Source: an uncultured virus (IMG/VR IMGVR_UViG_3300033067_001144)
Lineage: Duplodnaviria > Heunggongvirae > Uroviricota > Caudoviricetes
Reading direction: 5' to 3' (one strand)
Virus record (IMG/VR): IMGVR_UViG_3300033067_001144
DNA length: 64,000 nt
In this document: in pieces, positions 17,283 through 27,438 of the stretch
How positions within the stretch are numbered: the stretch's first letter is position 1
How the letters are laid out: each line of letters begins with the position of its first letter
Notes under the pieces: model-generated
Database searches by the model: none
Seen by the model: the letters and a program-made list of their open reading frames with translations, nothing else
What the model was told of the DNA's origin: nothing
Program-made: the position numbers and the translations under genes

Positions 17283-18188
17283 ATGCCCAAGACGACTCCC
17301 GACGAAGTGCGCATCCTGTGCGTCGGCTTCGCCTACACGGGTCCACTCGAAGTGGATCTGAAACTTCGAGAACCCGACACCGGACTCCTCTCGTACATTC
17401 AGGAACCCGAAGCGTCCATTGACGCGCTCAAGGACTTCCTGCGCTCCCTCGGTCCCAAAGAGAAGCGGTTGCCCGTGGTCGTCACGACCAGCGTGCGCGA
17501 GCTACATCGAATGATCGAGGAGAGCCTTCATATCCCGACCAAGAAGCGTCCTGCAGTCCACGGATTTGTGGTCTGCGACGACACGGTAGCTCTGCAACAA
17601 GTCCCGCATCTGACGATTCTCGATCTTGCACCCGGAGAACCGGGGCAGGGGTGGAGATCGCGCAAGGTTCGGGTGCACGACCTACTCAAGGCCCTGAAAG
17701 GCAAGGCTTTCGTGGGTACGGGGGAGCTAGGAGGCACACGCAACCTTGACCTCTACTTCAAACAGCCGATCACCGCGAAAGAGTTAATCGAGCGACTTGA
17801 GCAGTCACTCAAGAGTCATGTCCCTAAGATACGTACGCACCTAGCGAACGCCTTGTTGTGTACGACCAAGGAATCCGAGTGGACTGCGCTTCGAAAACGA
17901 CTACTGTCCCTGAGCCAGGACAACGACTCTGTGATGGAGTTTGATATGTTCTTGGGCACAGATGCAGCCGTCCAGCTTCGCAAAGCTCATGAGCGCATGG
18001 CTGATCGATCTTCTAGCGCGGCAAAGGCGTCTGCCAAGACCGGAGCTTCCCTAGAAGACCTGACCTTTCTCATCTCCGCTGTGCCTCCTAAAAAGGGCAC
18101 GAAGTACCACCACCCCAAGCCCCGTAAAGGGGGAGCACGGGACGACACCCCCAAGGGATCGTCTGAGGCTCTTGACGGGGCCGAATAG
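17283..18188 (+). CDS. Hypothetical protein
   Basis: GAGG RBS, 301-aa ORF. Confidence 0.7.
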   Translation: MPKTTPDEVRILCVGFAYTGPLEVDLKLREPDTGLLSYIQEPEASIDALKDFLRSLGPKEKRLPVVVTTSVRELHRMIEESLHIPTKKRPAVHGFVVCDDTVALQQVPHLTILDLAPGEPGQGWRSRKVRVHDLLKALKGKAFVGTGELGGTRNLDLYFKQPITAKELIERLEQSLKSHVPKIRTHLANALLCTTKESEWTALRKRLLSLSQDNDSVMEFDMFLGTDAAVQLRKAHERMADRSSSAAKASAKTGASLEDLTFLISAVPPKKGTKYHHPKPRKGGARDDTPKGSSEALDGAE

Positions 18189-18223
18189 TCTCCACCGACC
18201 CATACCGAATAGGACTGTGACAC

Positions 18224-19390
18224 ATGCCGAAGACGAAGAAGACCGCGAGCAAGACGACCAAGGCCACCGCGAAGACCGCTCCCGGCAAGACGAAGGTGAA
18301 GGAAGGAAAGGGTAAGAAGAAGATGGCCAAGTTCCTGGCCCCTGCCTTCTTCGAAGCCGTGCACGCTCTCAAGGGCGGCTGGGAGATGAAGCGTCTCATG
18401 GCTGGCCTCGTGGCCGGTCTCGTGAAGGACGCTGCCTTCAAGCGCACTGCTCGTGAGTTCATCGGAAAGAACAAGCTCGCAGCCGATCACTTCGACGCAT
18501 TCATGGATTGGTCGGCCTCGGGGGAAGCGGAGCCGATCTTCCGCGGCATCTTCGCGATGCTCACCTCGGCCGCTCCGATGGACGCGGTGATCGAGAAGCT
18601 GGAGCTCGACGAGTTCGACGCTGGCCTCTTCCGCATGATCGTCGGCCTGCAGCCCTGGGGCGGTATGGTCAAGTTCGCGGTCGATGCCCCCAAGGGCAAG
18701 AAGATCGTGAAGGTCGACATGCCCGAGCCTAACGTCGAGGAAGACGAGTCGGATGAGGAAGAGGGCTCTGAGGAAGAGGAGGAAGAGTCTGAGTCGGAGG
18801 CTCCCAAGGGCAAGAAGGCCAAGGGCAAGGCTGCGAAGGAGGACGATTCCGAAGAGGAAGAGGCGGACGAAGACGAGGAAGAGGAAGAGTCTGAGTCGGA
18901 GGCTCCCAAGGGCAAGAAGGGTGCTTCGAAGGACAAGCCCGCGGCCAAGGGCAAGTCGAAGAAAGGCGAAGACTCGGAGGATGGTTCCGAGGAAGAGTCT
19001 GACGAAGACGAGGAAGAAGAGAGCGAAGAGGCCCCCAAGAAGGGCAAGAAGGCCGCGAAGGCTGATTCCGAGGACGAAGAGGAAGAGAGCTCGGAAGACG
19101 AGTTTGGTTCCTCGGAGGACGAGGACGACGAGAAGGATGACAAGCCTGCCAAGGGCAAGGCCAAGGGCGGTAGCGAGAAGGCTGCCGTGAAGGGCAAGCC
19201 CGATTCGAAGGGCAAGAAGAAGGCTGCTTCCGAGGACGAGGAAGAGGAGTCTGAGGAAGAGGAAGAAGAGTCTGAGGAAGAGTCTGAGTCGGAGAAGCCT
19301 GCCAAGGGCAAAGCCAAGGGCAAGAAGGCTGCTTCCGAGGACGAAGAGGAGTCCGAGGACGAAGAGGACGCAGACTCGGAAGACGAGTAA
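18224..19390 (+). CDS. Protein with Lys-rich N-terminus, folded core and long Glu/Asp/Lys block-repeat tail
   Basis: AGGA RBS; repeated EEESESEAPKGKK and KKAASEDEEE blocks; followed by a terminator. Confidence 0.85.
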   Translation: MPKTKKTASKTTKATAKTAPGKTKVKEGKGKKKMAKFLAPAFFEAVHALKGGWEMKRLMAGLVAGLVKDAAFKRTAREFIGKNKLAADHFDAFMDWSASGEAEPIFRGIFAMLTSAAPMDAVIEKLELDEFDAGLFRMIVGLQPWGGMVKFAVDAPKGKKIVKVDMPEPNVEEDESDEEEGSEEEEEESESEAPKGKKAKGKAAKEDDSEEEEADEDEEEEESESEAPKGKKGASKDKPAAKGKSKKGEDSEDGSEEESDEDEEEESEEAPKKGKKAAKADSEDEEEESSEDEFGSSEDEDDEKDDKPAKGKAKGGSEKAAVKGKPDSKGKKKAASEDEEEESEEEEEESEEESESEKPAKGKAKGKKAASEDEEESEDEEDADSEDE

Positions 19391-19402
19391 GCTGGCGTAG
19401 AG

Positions 19403-19448
19403 AGCGCGGAGTCGGGTGCTGCAAAGCCCTGGCTCCGCGTTTTCGTTT
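19403..19448 (+). terminator. Intrinsic terminator
   Basis: GCGCGGAGTCGGG(T)GCT-GCAA-AGCCCTGGCTCCGCGT followed by TTTCGTTT. Confidence 0.75.
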
Positions 19449-19460
19449 GTGGAGGCTTGC

Positions 19461-19937
19461 ATGACGACTCATCGAGATACGGTGTTCGGAGCGCTGTTGG
19501 TCCACTGGCTGCGCGAGGTGGTTCGCATTGGGGGGCCCACGGCTGACGAGCCCAGCAACATCGAGTCTGCCCGCTTGGGATTGGCCGAAGAGGTGGGGGA
19601 GGTGCTTGGCCTCTTCAAGAAGCACATCGGCTTCGGGAAGCCTCTTCCGATGGACACGCTCGAAAACGAGATGGGGGACGTGCTCTACTTTTTCGGTTTG
19701 TTGGCTCTAACGACTCCTGGACTTCGCCTCTCCCGTGTCTTTACGCGGGCCATCGTGAAGCTGCAGACGCGCTTCCCGGAAGGCTTCTCGAAAGAAGCGG
19801 CCCTGGCCCGTGTCGACACGCAGCTAACGCCTGACGAATGGAACGAACGCATGGCTGTGATCTGGGAGAAGATCAGCAACCCGGGTCGAGAGGACAATCA
19901 CGCAGTGGAAGTCCCGTACCGTCCCATAGCCCCCTAA
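19461..19937 (+). CDS. MazG-like NTP pyrophosphohydrolase
   Basis: LGLAEEVGEV...KKH...ENEMGDVLY...KLQTRFPEGFS. Confidence 0.85.
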   Translation: MTTHRDTVFGALLVHWLREVVRIGGPTADEPSNIESARLGLAEEVGEVLGLFKKHIGFGKPLPMDTLENEMGDVLYFFGLLALTTPGLRLSRVFTRAIVKLQTRFPEGFSKEAALARVDTQLTPDEWNERMAVIWEKISNPGREDNHAVEVPYRPIAP

Positions 19938-20022
19938 AACTCAGAATCCCTGGTGTTTTCCTCGGTCGAATTTTGCTTTTCTCCGACCCAAACGCATGTC
20001 AGACTTAATGTAGGAGGCCCAC

Positions 20023-20277
20023 ATGCAAAAATCCGAGGAAACCGTTGTGATCCTGGCTCCCCGCGTGCGGGGGCTCTACGAAGTGCTCAACGACGTGCGA
20101 GAGCGTCGCACGATCTCGCACGACGACCTCGAATACGTCGCGAGCACCAACACCGATTTCGCAGCGTGGGCCATGCGCGTGCTGCGAGAGGGTCGAACGC
20201 ACATCCGGCACGAGACCATTGACGCTCTCTGGGACCTGATTCGTCCTCACCACGAGAAGATGATGCAGGCGGCCTAG
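20023..20277 (+). CDS. Hypothetical protein
   Basis: AGGAGG RBS. Confidence 0.7.
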   Translation: MQKSEETVVILAPRVRGLYEVLNDVRERRTISHDDLEYVASTNTDFAAWAMRVLREGRTHIRHETIDALWDLIRPHHEKMMQAA

Positions 20278-20317
20278 CAACCCCGACAATCCCACTCGAC
20301 TCGAAAGTAGGTACCCC

Positions 20318-20803
20318 ATGACGATCTCCCGAGCAGCCCGCTCTTTCATCCCGAACCTCGACGGAGAGGTATTGCTCTTGACGAGCATCGGCGACCTCGC
20401 GCACATGATCGAGGTCAACACCGTGAAGACGATGCAGACGCACGACGTCCTCAACGCGCTCACGTTGGACGGGATGATCGAAGTGGGTACGCAGTGGACG
20501 GCCGAGTTCGAGCGAATGCTGGACGAGGCGCTAAGAGAACGGGGGTGCCGTATCGACCGAGTGTCGGAGCCGACTCCGGTCGGCAACGTACGGAGCGTCC
20601 GGTTCGTTGCGCTCGGGACGCGAGCCGATGCGCTGCTCTTCGCGAGCCAGCATCTTACCCCCGAGTCTGATCGGCTCTTGAGCATGGAAGGGGCCACGAA
20701 CACGCAAGAGACGAGCGCAGAGCTCGATCGTATCGAGACAGCTCTCAAGGCTGCGTTGTTCTCGATTGACATGGCTCGCGACGCTCTCAAGAAGAACGGC
20801 TGA
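20318..20803 (+). CDS. Hypothetical protein
   Basis: Co-directional ORF ending at a terminator. Confidence 0.7.
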   Translation: MTISRAARSFIPNLDGEVLLLTSIGDLAHMIEVNTVKTMQTHDVLNALTLDGMIEVGTQWTAEFERMLDEALRERGCRIDRVSEPTPVGNVRSVRFVALGTRADALLFASQHLTPESDRLLSMEGATNTQETSAELDRIETALKAALFSIDMARDALKKNG

Positions 20804-20815
20804 CAGCTTCAACAG

Positions 20816-20864
20816 AAGCGCGCATGGCCCGGAATCCCCGGTGCTGTGCGCGCTTTTGCTGTTT
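20816..20864 (+). terminator. Intrinsic terminator
   Basis: AAGCGCGCATGGC...GCTGTGCGCGCTT stem followed by TTGCTGTTT. Confidence 0.7.
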
Positions 20865-20961
20865 CTACACCCCCGTAAAAGATGGGTGTCTCTGATCCAA
20901 AACACTAGGCGGAGCGCTGCTCTCGCAGCGCAGATCACGTTAGCTGTGAAGAGAAGACCCT

Positions 20962-21459
20962 ATGAGCCGTAGCCGTAAGCCCAATCACTTCGATCGTAAC
21001 TCGACTGAGGCTATTCGTACTCGCCTGGTCGAGTATTCGAAAGAGCTTCTTCTGCACAACCTTCTCGCTCTACTCGATGGGGAGCAAGCAGAAGACATGC
21101 TGGAGTCGCACGTCGAGTGCCTAGTGGAGAACAGCGATTCTGAGAGCGGCTTGGAGATCGTTGTACCCGATGTTACGGAGTTTCAGCTCTACTCGATTGT
21201 GCACGAGGACGAGACTGCTCAGGCACAACTTCACACGAGCATTCTCCGCGAGGCCATCCCTGCTTCCGTTCTTGAGCGCCTAGTCACTTTGTGCTCTGAC
21301 GCGGGAGGTTGGTACCATCGACGACATGGAGAGAAGGACCTTTCTTTCGTGTCGCTTCACGAATGGACTCCGCTCTACCGTGCGTGGTCTCTCCGCAGGC
21401 TAGCGGAAGACACGATGACCACAGCGCGAAGCCAGGAGCCAACGAAGGGCCCCAACTGA
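20962..21459 (+). CDS. Hypothetical protein
   Basis: 165-aa ORF. Confidence 0.65.
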   Translation: MSRSRKPNHFDRNSTEAIRTRLVEYSKELLLHNLLALLDGEQAEDMLESHVECLVENSDSESGLEIVVPDVTEFQLYSIVHEDETAQAQLHTSILREAIPASVLERLVTLCSDAGGWYHRRHGEKDLSFVSLHEWTPLYRAWSLRRLAEDTMTTARSQEPTKGPN

Positions 21460-21513
21460 TTCGAATTTCCCTTGCAGCCTTTCCTCCACGCACTCACCTC
21501 CAGGAGGAGGGCT

Positions 21514-24500
21514 ATGGCTTCCACGCTTCGCCTCTACAACGCTTCCTCTCAGATCGTTACGTTCTCTTCCTCGCAGATCAACCCGTATACGTACGTTGAC
21601 TTTGATGCTAGGGCCATGTTCGGCAACAATGCGTTGGCCACGGAGCTGACGCAATTGGCTAAGAGCGGGGCTGTCAACGTCCTTCTGAACGGGATTGCGC
21701 TAGAGGTCTCGCAGATTTCGTCGATCCTCCTCTCTCCCGAAGAGGCTACGACGTACCTCACTCTGGTGGTTGTGCCTCCGGTCGCTACTGTGACGGAGCT
21801 GCGCAGTGTTTTCACGAGCCAGTTCGTTGGCAACTCCGCTCAAGTGCTCGTGACCGGAGTGGGTTCGATCTACGTGTTCGACTCGACCAGTACAACGGCC
21901 GACAACGGCTCGACGGTCATTCAGCCGAACGATCGTCCCACCACACAACCCGGTCGCTGGTTGGTCGGTATGACGGGAGGCTCTGCTCCAAGCGGAGTGA
22001 CGATTCAAGACGAGGGGGTTTCGCTCCCTGGGAGTTACTCGGTACTCAACTTTGTTGGGGCCGGTGTTACCGCAGCCGACGCTGGAGGTGGAACGACGAC
22101 CATCACGATCCCTGGTAGCGCGGGTCCTGTGTCTCTCGCGGGAGACTTGTCCGGCAACACGAGTGCTGCAACCGTTATCCGGCTGCAGGGCCGAGCCCTT
22201 TCCGCCTCTGCCCCTACCAACGGTCAAGCGATCGTGTGGAACAACGGGGCCTCAGAATGGCAGCCCACGTCGATCACCGCGACTGGCACCGCTGGTGGGG
22301 ACCTTAGCGGTACGTACCCCAACCCGACGGTAGTGGACCTGACCATTGCATCGGAAGCTCACGGCGACCTTCTCTATCGTGCAGCTTCCGCATGGCAGAG
22401 GCTCGCTCCGGGAACTTCTGGCTACGCGTTGACAACACAGGGCCCCGGGGCTGCCCCTGTTTGGTCTCCGATGACGAGCGGGTCGATTACGATCGGCTCT
22501 TCTACTCTTTCAGGCGGTGGCACTGCTTCGTCGTTCACACTGAACGTTCTGTACGGAACGACCTCCAATACGGCTCTTGAGGGCACGAACGACGCTCTGT
22601 ACGTGAAGCTTGCTGGCTCTCAGACGATCACCGGAGCGAAGACGTTCAACAGCCAGTTGATCGTTGGTACAACGGGAGAGATTCGCTCTGACACAGGGCT
22701 GGGTCCTGTCCAGATATACGTGTTCTCTGGAGGCACCCACGAATTTGGAGAGAACACAGCCCCGTGGAGGTTCACAGCGGGAAGCTCTCTGATTCTTCGG
22801 GCAAACACGAATCAGACGCGCATCGAGATGAGTGCGTCTACCATTCTAAGTTACGTGGGGAACAGCCTTCGAGCCACGACTTCCTCGGGCTTCCACGTTG
22901 GACTCACGAATACTTCTCGATCGAGCGGCGAGATCAGCGCACAGACCCGTTTCATCGTAGGGACCGGGGCCGCTGACGCGTCGTCGGTGCTGGACCTCCA
23001 GAGCACCTCTCGCGGCGCTTTGGTTCCTCGTATGGATACGACGCAGCGCAACGCGATCAGCTCCCCTGCTACGTCGTTGTTGATCTACAACACCACGAAT
23101 TCTCGGCATGAGTGGTACAACGGCTCGTCGTGGGTTCCTCTCGGCTCGGCTCTCGGAGGGGAGCCTTTCTACTTTGCTGGGGCTGCAGGGACGGGTCCAG
23201 GAGGCAGCAACCCGAAGTACGCAACCCTCACCGCCATGATTTCGGCTATGAACACAGATGGGGCAACAGCCCTATCTCCGCGCGTGGGATTTTTCGTTGG
23301 GGAGTTTACGGAAAATCCGACCCTCCTTCCTGGAGTCTTCCTGGTTGGGGTGTCTGGACAACGGGTACCCAATCGCATCATCGGCCGCGTAGATTTCCAG
23401 CCAGCTTCCAGTCCCAACACCCCCTATGCGGGATTGGCCAACTGCCAAGTGGTGCAGACGGGAGCCTCGGTCGACGCGATCTACTTCCGGCCCGCAGCAG
23501 ACGCTGACCTTTGGCTCGAAAACGTCAGTCACCAGTGCGAGGCTACAAGTGCCTCTTACGCCGCGCTTCACGTAGACGGATCGCTAGGGGGTACGGTTGT
23601 GGTGCACGCAACCGGATGTCATGCCACTACTACGGGAGGAAGCTCTGCGGTCGGGATTCGAGCCATCTCGGCCACTGTGTACTACGCGGGACAAATCACG
23701 ATTGGTGCTTCGGGTTCCGCTCAGGCGAGAGCCGTGTACTCGGCTTCCTCTTCGGTCTATCTTGACCGCGCTCCTGTGGGCAGTACCACGGGCAACCAGG
23801 GCAGTATTCATATCGATGGGAGCTTGTACGCGACCTCTGCGGGGGCCATCTTCCTCGGGGAGGGTATGGGTCATCGCACGGCTGCTCTCTCGGGGGCCAA
23901 CTCCCTTGTAGTCCTGGATGGAAACGGCGCAGCCCTTACGTGCGCAGGGGAGCACCGTCTTGAGGCGGGAGCCAACACGATCTACCACGTAGAGAAGACC
24001 GGGGCTGGCACCGGCGTCGTTAATGTGAACGGAGCGTTCCACTACGCTAATGCAGACACGGCCAAGCTGCAGATTGCATCGGGTCTGACCTACAACGGTA
24101 TCACGACCTCTCGTTCGGAATGTATCCAGCTCATCACGGGCACGGCTAGCATCGCAACGACGACCACGCTTGCGATCGTAATCCCTGCTTCAGGTTCGAC
24201 GTTCACGGTCACGATGCCCAACCCCACGGGTTGGAAATCTGATCGTCAGCTACGCCTCAAGTACACAGGCCCTACCAACAAGCAGAACTTGACGTTGGTC
24301 CCTGCTACGTCGGGGGACATCGACTACGACGCAGCCTACAACACGACCACCCTACAGTGGAACGACTCCTACACGTTTGCTGCTTACAGCGACCATTGGA
24401 TCGTCCTTTCGAAGAAGACGACCGCTACAGCGGGAGCTGGGAACACTTCTACTCGTGTAGTGTTCCAGGCTGGGGCTCAAGTCACCGGCATTCAATGGGC

Positions 24501-24861
24501 GGGTAACACGTACATCGGTACCGCGTACTGGAAGGCATCTGACCACGACCTTACAGGGGGTCGGCAGATCATTCTTCGCGTTGTGGGGTACATGGACTCC
24601 GCAGGAGACGAGCTGCGGTACACCCTGAATGGTACGCTCGGGGGCATGACTAACCTTCAAGGTGGAAACAACTACGTTATGATCAACGCAATCGCCCCCG
24701 CTGTTTCCGTGAGTGACAACCTGAACACAGGATCCCACAACGTGAACTGGGCTACTGATCAGATACTGGACGTGTACGCGGTTACTCGCACCTCTGCGGG
24801 GGGCTTCACGTCCGATACAGCGACTGGCCTTTCGGCAGAGCTAGTGGTCTGCCCTCCGTAA
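21514..24861 (+). CDS. Tail fibre/virion appendage protein
   Basis: AGGAGGAGG RBS; Gly/Ser/Thr-rich; fibre-type motifs AGGDLSGTYPNPTV, PRMDTTQRNAI...LLIYNTT, GSQTITGAKTF; beta-helix-like C-half. Confidence 0.8.
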   Translation: MASTLRLYNASSQIVTFSSSQINPYTYVDFDARAMFGNNALATELTQLAKSGAVNVLLNGIALEVSQISSILLSPEEATTYLTLVVVPPVATVTELRSVFTSQFVGNSAQVLVTGVGSIYVFDSTSTTADNGSTVIQPNDRPTTQPGRWLVGMTGGSAPSGVTIQDEGVSLPGSYSVLNFVGAGVTAADAGGGTTTITIPGSAGPVSLAGDLSGNTSAATVIRLQGRALSASAPTNGQAIVWNNGASEWQPTSITATGTAGGDLSGTYPNPTVVDLTIASEAHGDLLYRAASAWQRLAPGTSGYALTTQGPGAAPVWSPMTSGSITIGSSTLSGGGTASSFTLNVLYGTTSNTALEGTNDALYVKLAGSQTITGAKTFNSQLIVGTTGEIRSDTGLGPVQIYVFSGGTHEFGENTAPWRFTAGSSLILRANTNQTRIEMSASTILSYVGNSLRATTSSGFHVGLTNTSRSSGEISAQTRFIVGTGAADASSVLDLQSTSRGALVPRMDTTQRNAISSPATSLLIYNTTNSRHEWYNGSSWVPLGSALGGEPFYFAGAAGTGPGGSNPKYATLTAMISAMNTDGATALSPRVGFFVGEFTENPTLLPGVFLVGVSGQRVPNRIIGRVDFQPASSPNTPYAGLANCQVVQTGASVDAIYFRPAADADLWLENVSHQCEATSASYAALHVDGSLGGTVVVHATGCHATTTGGSSAVGIRAISATVYYAGQITIGASGSAQARAVYSASSSVYLDRAPVGSTTGNQGSIHIDGSLYATSAGAIFLGEGMGHRTAALSGANSLVVLDGNGAALTCAGEHRLEAGANTIYHVEKTGAGTGVVNVNGAFHYANADTAKLQIASGLTYNGITTSRSECIQLITGTASIATTTTLAIVIPASGSTFTVTMPNPTGWKSDRQLRLKYTGPTNKQNLTLVPATSGDIDYDAAYNTTTLQWNDSYTFAAYSDHWIVLSKKTTATAGAGNTSTRVVFQAGAQVTGIQWAGNTYIGTAYWKASDHDLTGGRQIILRVVGYMDSAGDELRYTLNGTLGGMTNLQGGNNYVMINAIAPAVSVSDNLNTGSHNVNWATDQILDVYAVTRTSAGGFTSDTATGLSAELVVCPP

Positions 24862-24879
24862 AATCCATCTGAGTTGAAC

Positions 24880-25263
24880 ATGCAAACTATCACCTCTCAA
24901 CGGCTTCGACAGCACCTCGATCAGATCACCACGTCAACCGTCCGTTCGGCTTATCTTCGCGAAGACGCCAACGGAACCACCCTTGTGCTGCCTAACATCC
25001 TCGCTGGGCAGCACTGGTCCCCCGAGGTGTTTGACGTCGAAATCCCGTTGCCCACGAACTACCCAGCCGTGGCTCCTCGCTGCTTCCTTATTCCCGCGGG
25101 AGCCAGTTGGAGAAACGTACCAGCCGCAACTACTACGGATGCGTGCCAAGAGCAGGATGCTGACTGGTTGAGAGTTCCGTTTGCACTTCCGAGATGGAGT
25201 GCGACGAACTCGACCTTCCAGACTCTCCTGACTGCTATTAGGCGGTATCTCGCTCAACCTTGA
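24880..25263 (+). CDS. Prokaryotic E2/UBC-fold-like protein (resembles Prok-E2_E)
   Basis: LVLPN...DVEIPLPTNYPAVAPRCFLIP...WLRV...W...TFQTLLTAIRRYL pattern. Confidence 0.55.
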   Translation: MQTITSQRLRQHLDQITTSTVRSAYLREDANGTTLVLPNILAGQHWSPEVFDVEIPLPTNYPAVAPRCFLIPAGASWRNVPAATTTDACQEQDADWLRVPFALPRWSATNSTFQTLLTAIRRYLAQP

Positions 25264-25294
25264 CGTTACCTGACGAACCCCGAGCCCTCCGACC

Positions 25295-25762
25295 ATGAAC
25301 ATCTTCGCAGTGGACCGAGACCCGGAGAAGGCTGCCCGTGCGCTGTGCGACAAGCACGTCATCAAGATGACGCTCGAAACCGCACAACTACTCTGCGCGG
25401 CCTTCCCTCCGGGCAAGGCTCCCTACAAGGCCACGCACGTCAACCATCCCTGCGCCATCTGGGTGCGCACGTCGCTAGACAACTACGTGTGGGCCGTCGA
25501 GCACGGCCTCGCGCTCTCCGACGAGTACACGCGTCGCTACGGTAAAGTGCACAAGACCCATGCGGTACTGTGCACGCTCAAACCTCTGCACAAGCGCGTC
25601 TCGTTCCCTGTGCGACATCTCACCCCGTTTGCGCAGGCTCTTCCCGCCGACCTCAAGCGCACTAACGCGATCCTCGCGTACCGCGCCTACTACCACCGCG
25701 ACAAAGCCTCGATCGCGACGTGGAAGTCCCCGGCCACCCCACCGTTCTGGTGGAACCCCTAA
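25295..25762 (+). CDS. Pyrimidine-dimer DNA glycosylase/endonuclease V family protein
   Basis: MNIF...AARALCDKHVIKMTLETAQLL, YKATHVNHPCAIW, EYTRRYGKVH, AYRAYY. Confidence 0.88.
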   Translation: MNIFAVDRDPEKAARALCDKHVIKMTLETAQLLCAAFPPGKAPYKATHVNHPCAIWVRTSLDNYVWAVEHGLALSDEYTRRYGKVHKTHAVLCTLKPLHKRVSFPVRHLTPFAQALPADLKRTNAILAYRAYYHRDKASIATWKSPATPPFWWNP

Positions 25763-25779
25763 CCTTTCGGAGTCTTCTC

Positions 25780-26613
25780 ATGACGATCTTCAGCCTCGAC
25801 CTCGAAACGTACACCAATTGGGAGCACACTCCCGAGCCCGTGCGAGCCTCGCTCATCAAACGGCACCCGCACTGGAAGAAGACCACCGCGGAGGAAGACG
25901 CGGCCCTCTCTCCGTACTCCGGTCGCGTCATCGTCGCGACACTGGGCGCCCGTGAGAAGATCGGAGAGACCGCGGAGTATCACTCGTTCTATCTGAACGA
26001 GAGCTCCCGTAACGGTTCAATTACGGACGGCAACCATCACCTCGACCCTTGCGCGTATGAGAAGACGATCCTCTCGCAGGTGCTTCTGACGATGAAGCAC
26101 TACGTCGAGAAGAGGCCAGACTTTACGAACATGGGCGTCGCGGAGATGATCGGTTATCGGACTAGCATTCGCCAGAATCCCCACACGCTGCTGACGTTCT
26201 ACGGTCATCGGTTCGATCTTCCGTTCTTCGTGCAGCGAGCCCGTATGTGCGACGTGGATCCGAAGCTGCTCAAGTGGTTCATGGGCGCTCCTCTCGTGTA
26301 CTGCGACCTTGCCGACGAGCTCACGCTGCACGGCCACCTCGAACCTCGACTCTCGTTGGACGCGTACTGCGCGCTATACGGCATCGCGTCCCCGAAGAAG
26401 GCCACGACCATCGAGAGCGGAGCTCATGTTGGAGAGGCTTGGAAGAACGGTCACTACCGTGACGTGGTGTTGTACAACAAGGCGGACACGGAGACGCTCG
26501 ACACCGTGTACGATCTGGCCTGCACGGAGTTCGGCCTCTCGTTCACGAGCGATGACGCGCAGTCCCTCACGCACCTGTTCCGCACCCGTGTGAAAGCGAA
26601 GTATCCCGGATGA
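25780..26613 (+). CDS. DEDDy 3'-5' exonuclease (PolB-exo-like, stand-alone)
   Basis: ExoI LDLET, ExoII FYGHRFDLPF, ExoIII YNKAD. Confidence 0.8.
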   Translation: MTIFSLDLETYTNWEHTPEPVRASLIKRHPHWKKTTAEEDAALSPYSGRVIVATLGAREKIGETAEYHSFYLNESSRNGSITDGNHHLDPCAYEKTILSQVLLTMKHYVEKRPDFTNMGVAEMIGYRTSIRQNPHTLLTFYGHRFDLPFFVQRARMCDVDPKLLKWFMGAPLVYCDLADELTLHGHLEPRLSLDAYCALYGIASPKKATTIESGAHVGEAWKNGHYRDVVLYNKADTETLDTVYDLACTEFGLSFTSDDAQSLTHLFRTRVKAKYPG

Positions 26614-27365
26614 AGACTCCGACGCTCGTGATGGTAGTCCCCGTCGACTACCTTCAGTCCATGTACAACTCGATGTTCCGGGAGGGTCGCGTCGAGACGG
26701 TGCACAGCATCATGCTTCCTGAAGAGGGGCACAGCGCGTCCAAGATTTCGCACTACCTGGACGCGTTGCTGGCCAAGGCGGAATGGCTCCCCCGGGCCCA
26801 AGCCGAAGAGGACGAGCGCTATCGACAGTTCATCCCCTACGTCTCGATCTGGGGTACAGACAACACAGTGCTGGTCTACCGTCGTCCTGGCAAGGGAGAG
26901 GGAGAATCCCGACTCCAAGGGCAACGCTCGATCGGCTTCGGAGGCCACGTCGATCAACCTGACTACGCGGCTCAGGGGCTGCCGACTCCCGATGTTCGCA
27001 TCGACCCCGTGAGCCATCTGCATGGTGCGATGGTTCGTGAGTTGCAGGAGGAAGCAGGCGCTCACCCCTTTGAACGTCGGAACCTGGGTTCTGGGTTTTC
27101 GGTTCGTTGGGAATCGAAGCACACTCCCAAGCTTCGTAGCGTGATCTGCTTGCACGACGCGCAAGTCTCCCGGGTGCACCTTGGAATCCACTACGTGTGG
27201 AAGCCGAATCTCACCCCCGAAGAACGCGACTCTCACTTCACGTTCGCACCGGACGAGATTCACGATCCGCAGTGGATCGCTCCGCACGAGCTCTCCAAAG
27301 ACCCCACGCTCGAAACGTGGTCCAAAGAAGTGCTCCGTTGCATGGAGCGTTCGTTCTTCGTCTGA
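26610..27365 (+). CDS. NUDIX-family hydrolase
   Basis: AEEDERYRQFIPY, ESRLQGQRSIGFGGHV, RELQEE, VHLG, LETWS. Confidence 0.82.
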   Translation: MKTPTLVMVVPVDYLQSMYNSMFREGRVETVHSIMLPEEGHSASKISHYLDALLAKAEWLPRAQAEEDERYRQFIPYVSIWGTDNTVLVYRRPGKGEGESRLQGQRSIGFGGHVDQPDYAAQGLPTPDVRIDPVSHLHGAMVRELQEEAGAHPFERRNLGSGFSVRWESKHTPKLRSVICLHDAQVSRVHLGIHYVWKPNLTPEERDSHFTFAPDEIHDPQWIAPHELSKDPTLETWSKEVLRCMERSFFV

Positions 27366-27438
27366 TCCTCCCCGTCTCCCCTCGCAGCCTTTCGCTCCCC
27401 GCGAAACTCCCATCCCCACCTAGCTGCGAGGGGTTCCT

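Noticed and set aside
18487..19323. Poly-Ser ORFs on the minus strand (also 45419-46153)
   Set aside because: They are the reverse complement of the poly-Glu codons
1..21459. Bacterial chromosome origin of the window (recA, topA, dnaX, sbcCD)
   Set aside because: Divergent sequences, single-strand dense packing, inteins, fibre genes and many small unknown ORFs point to a large phage
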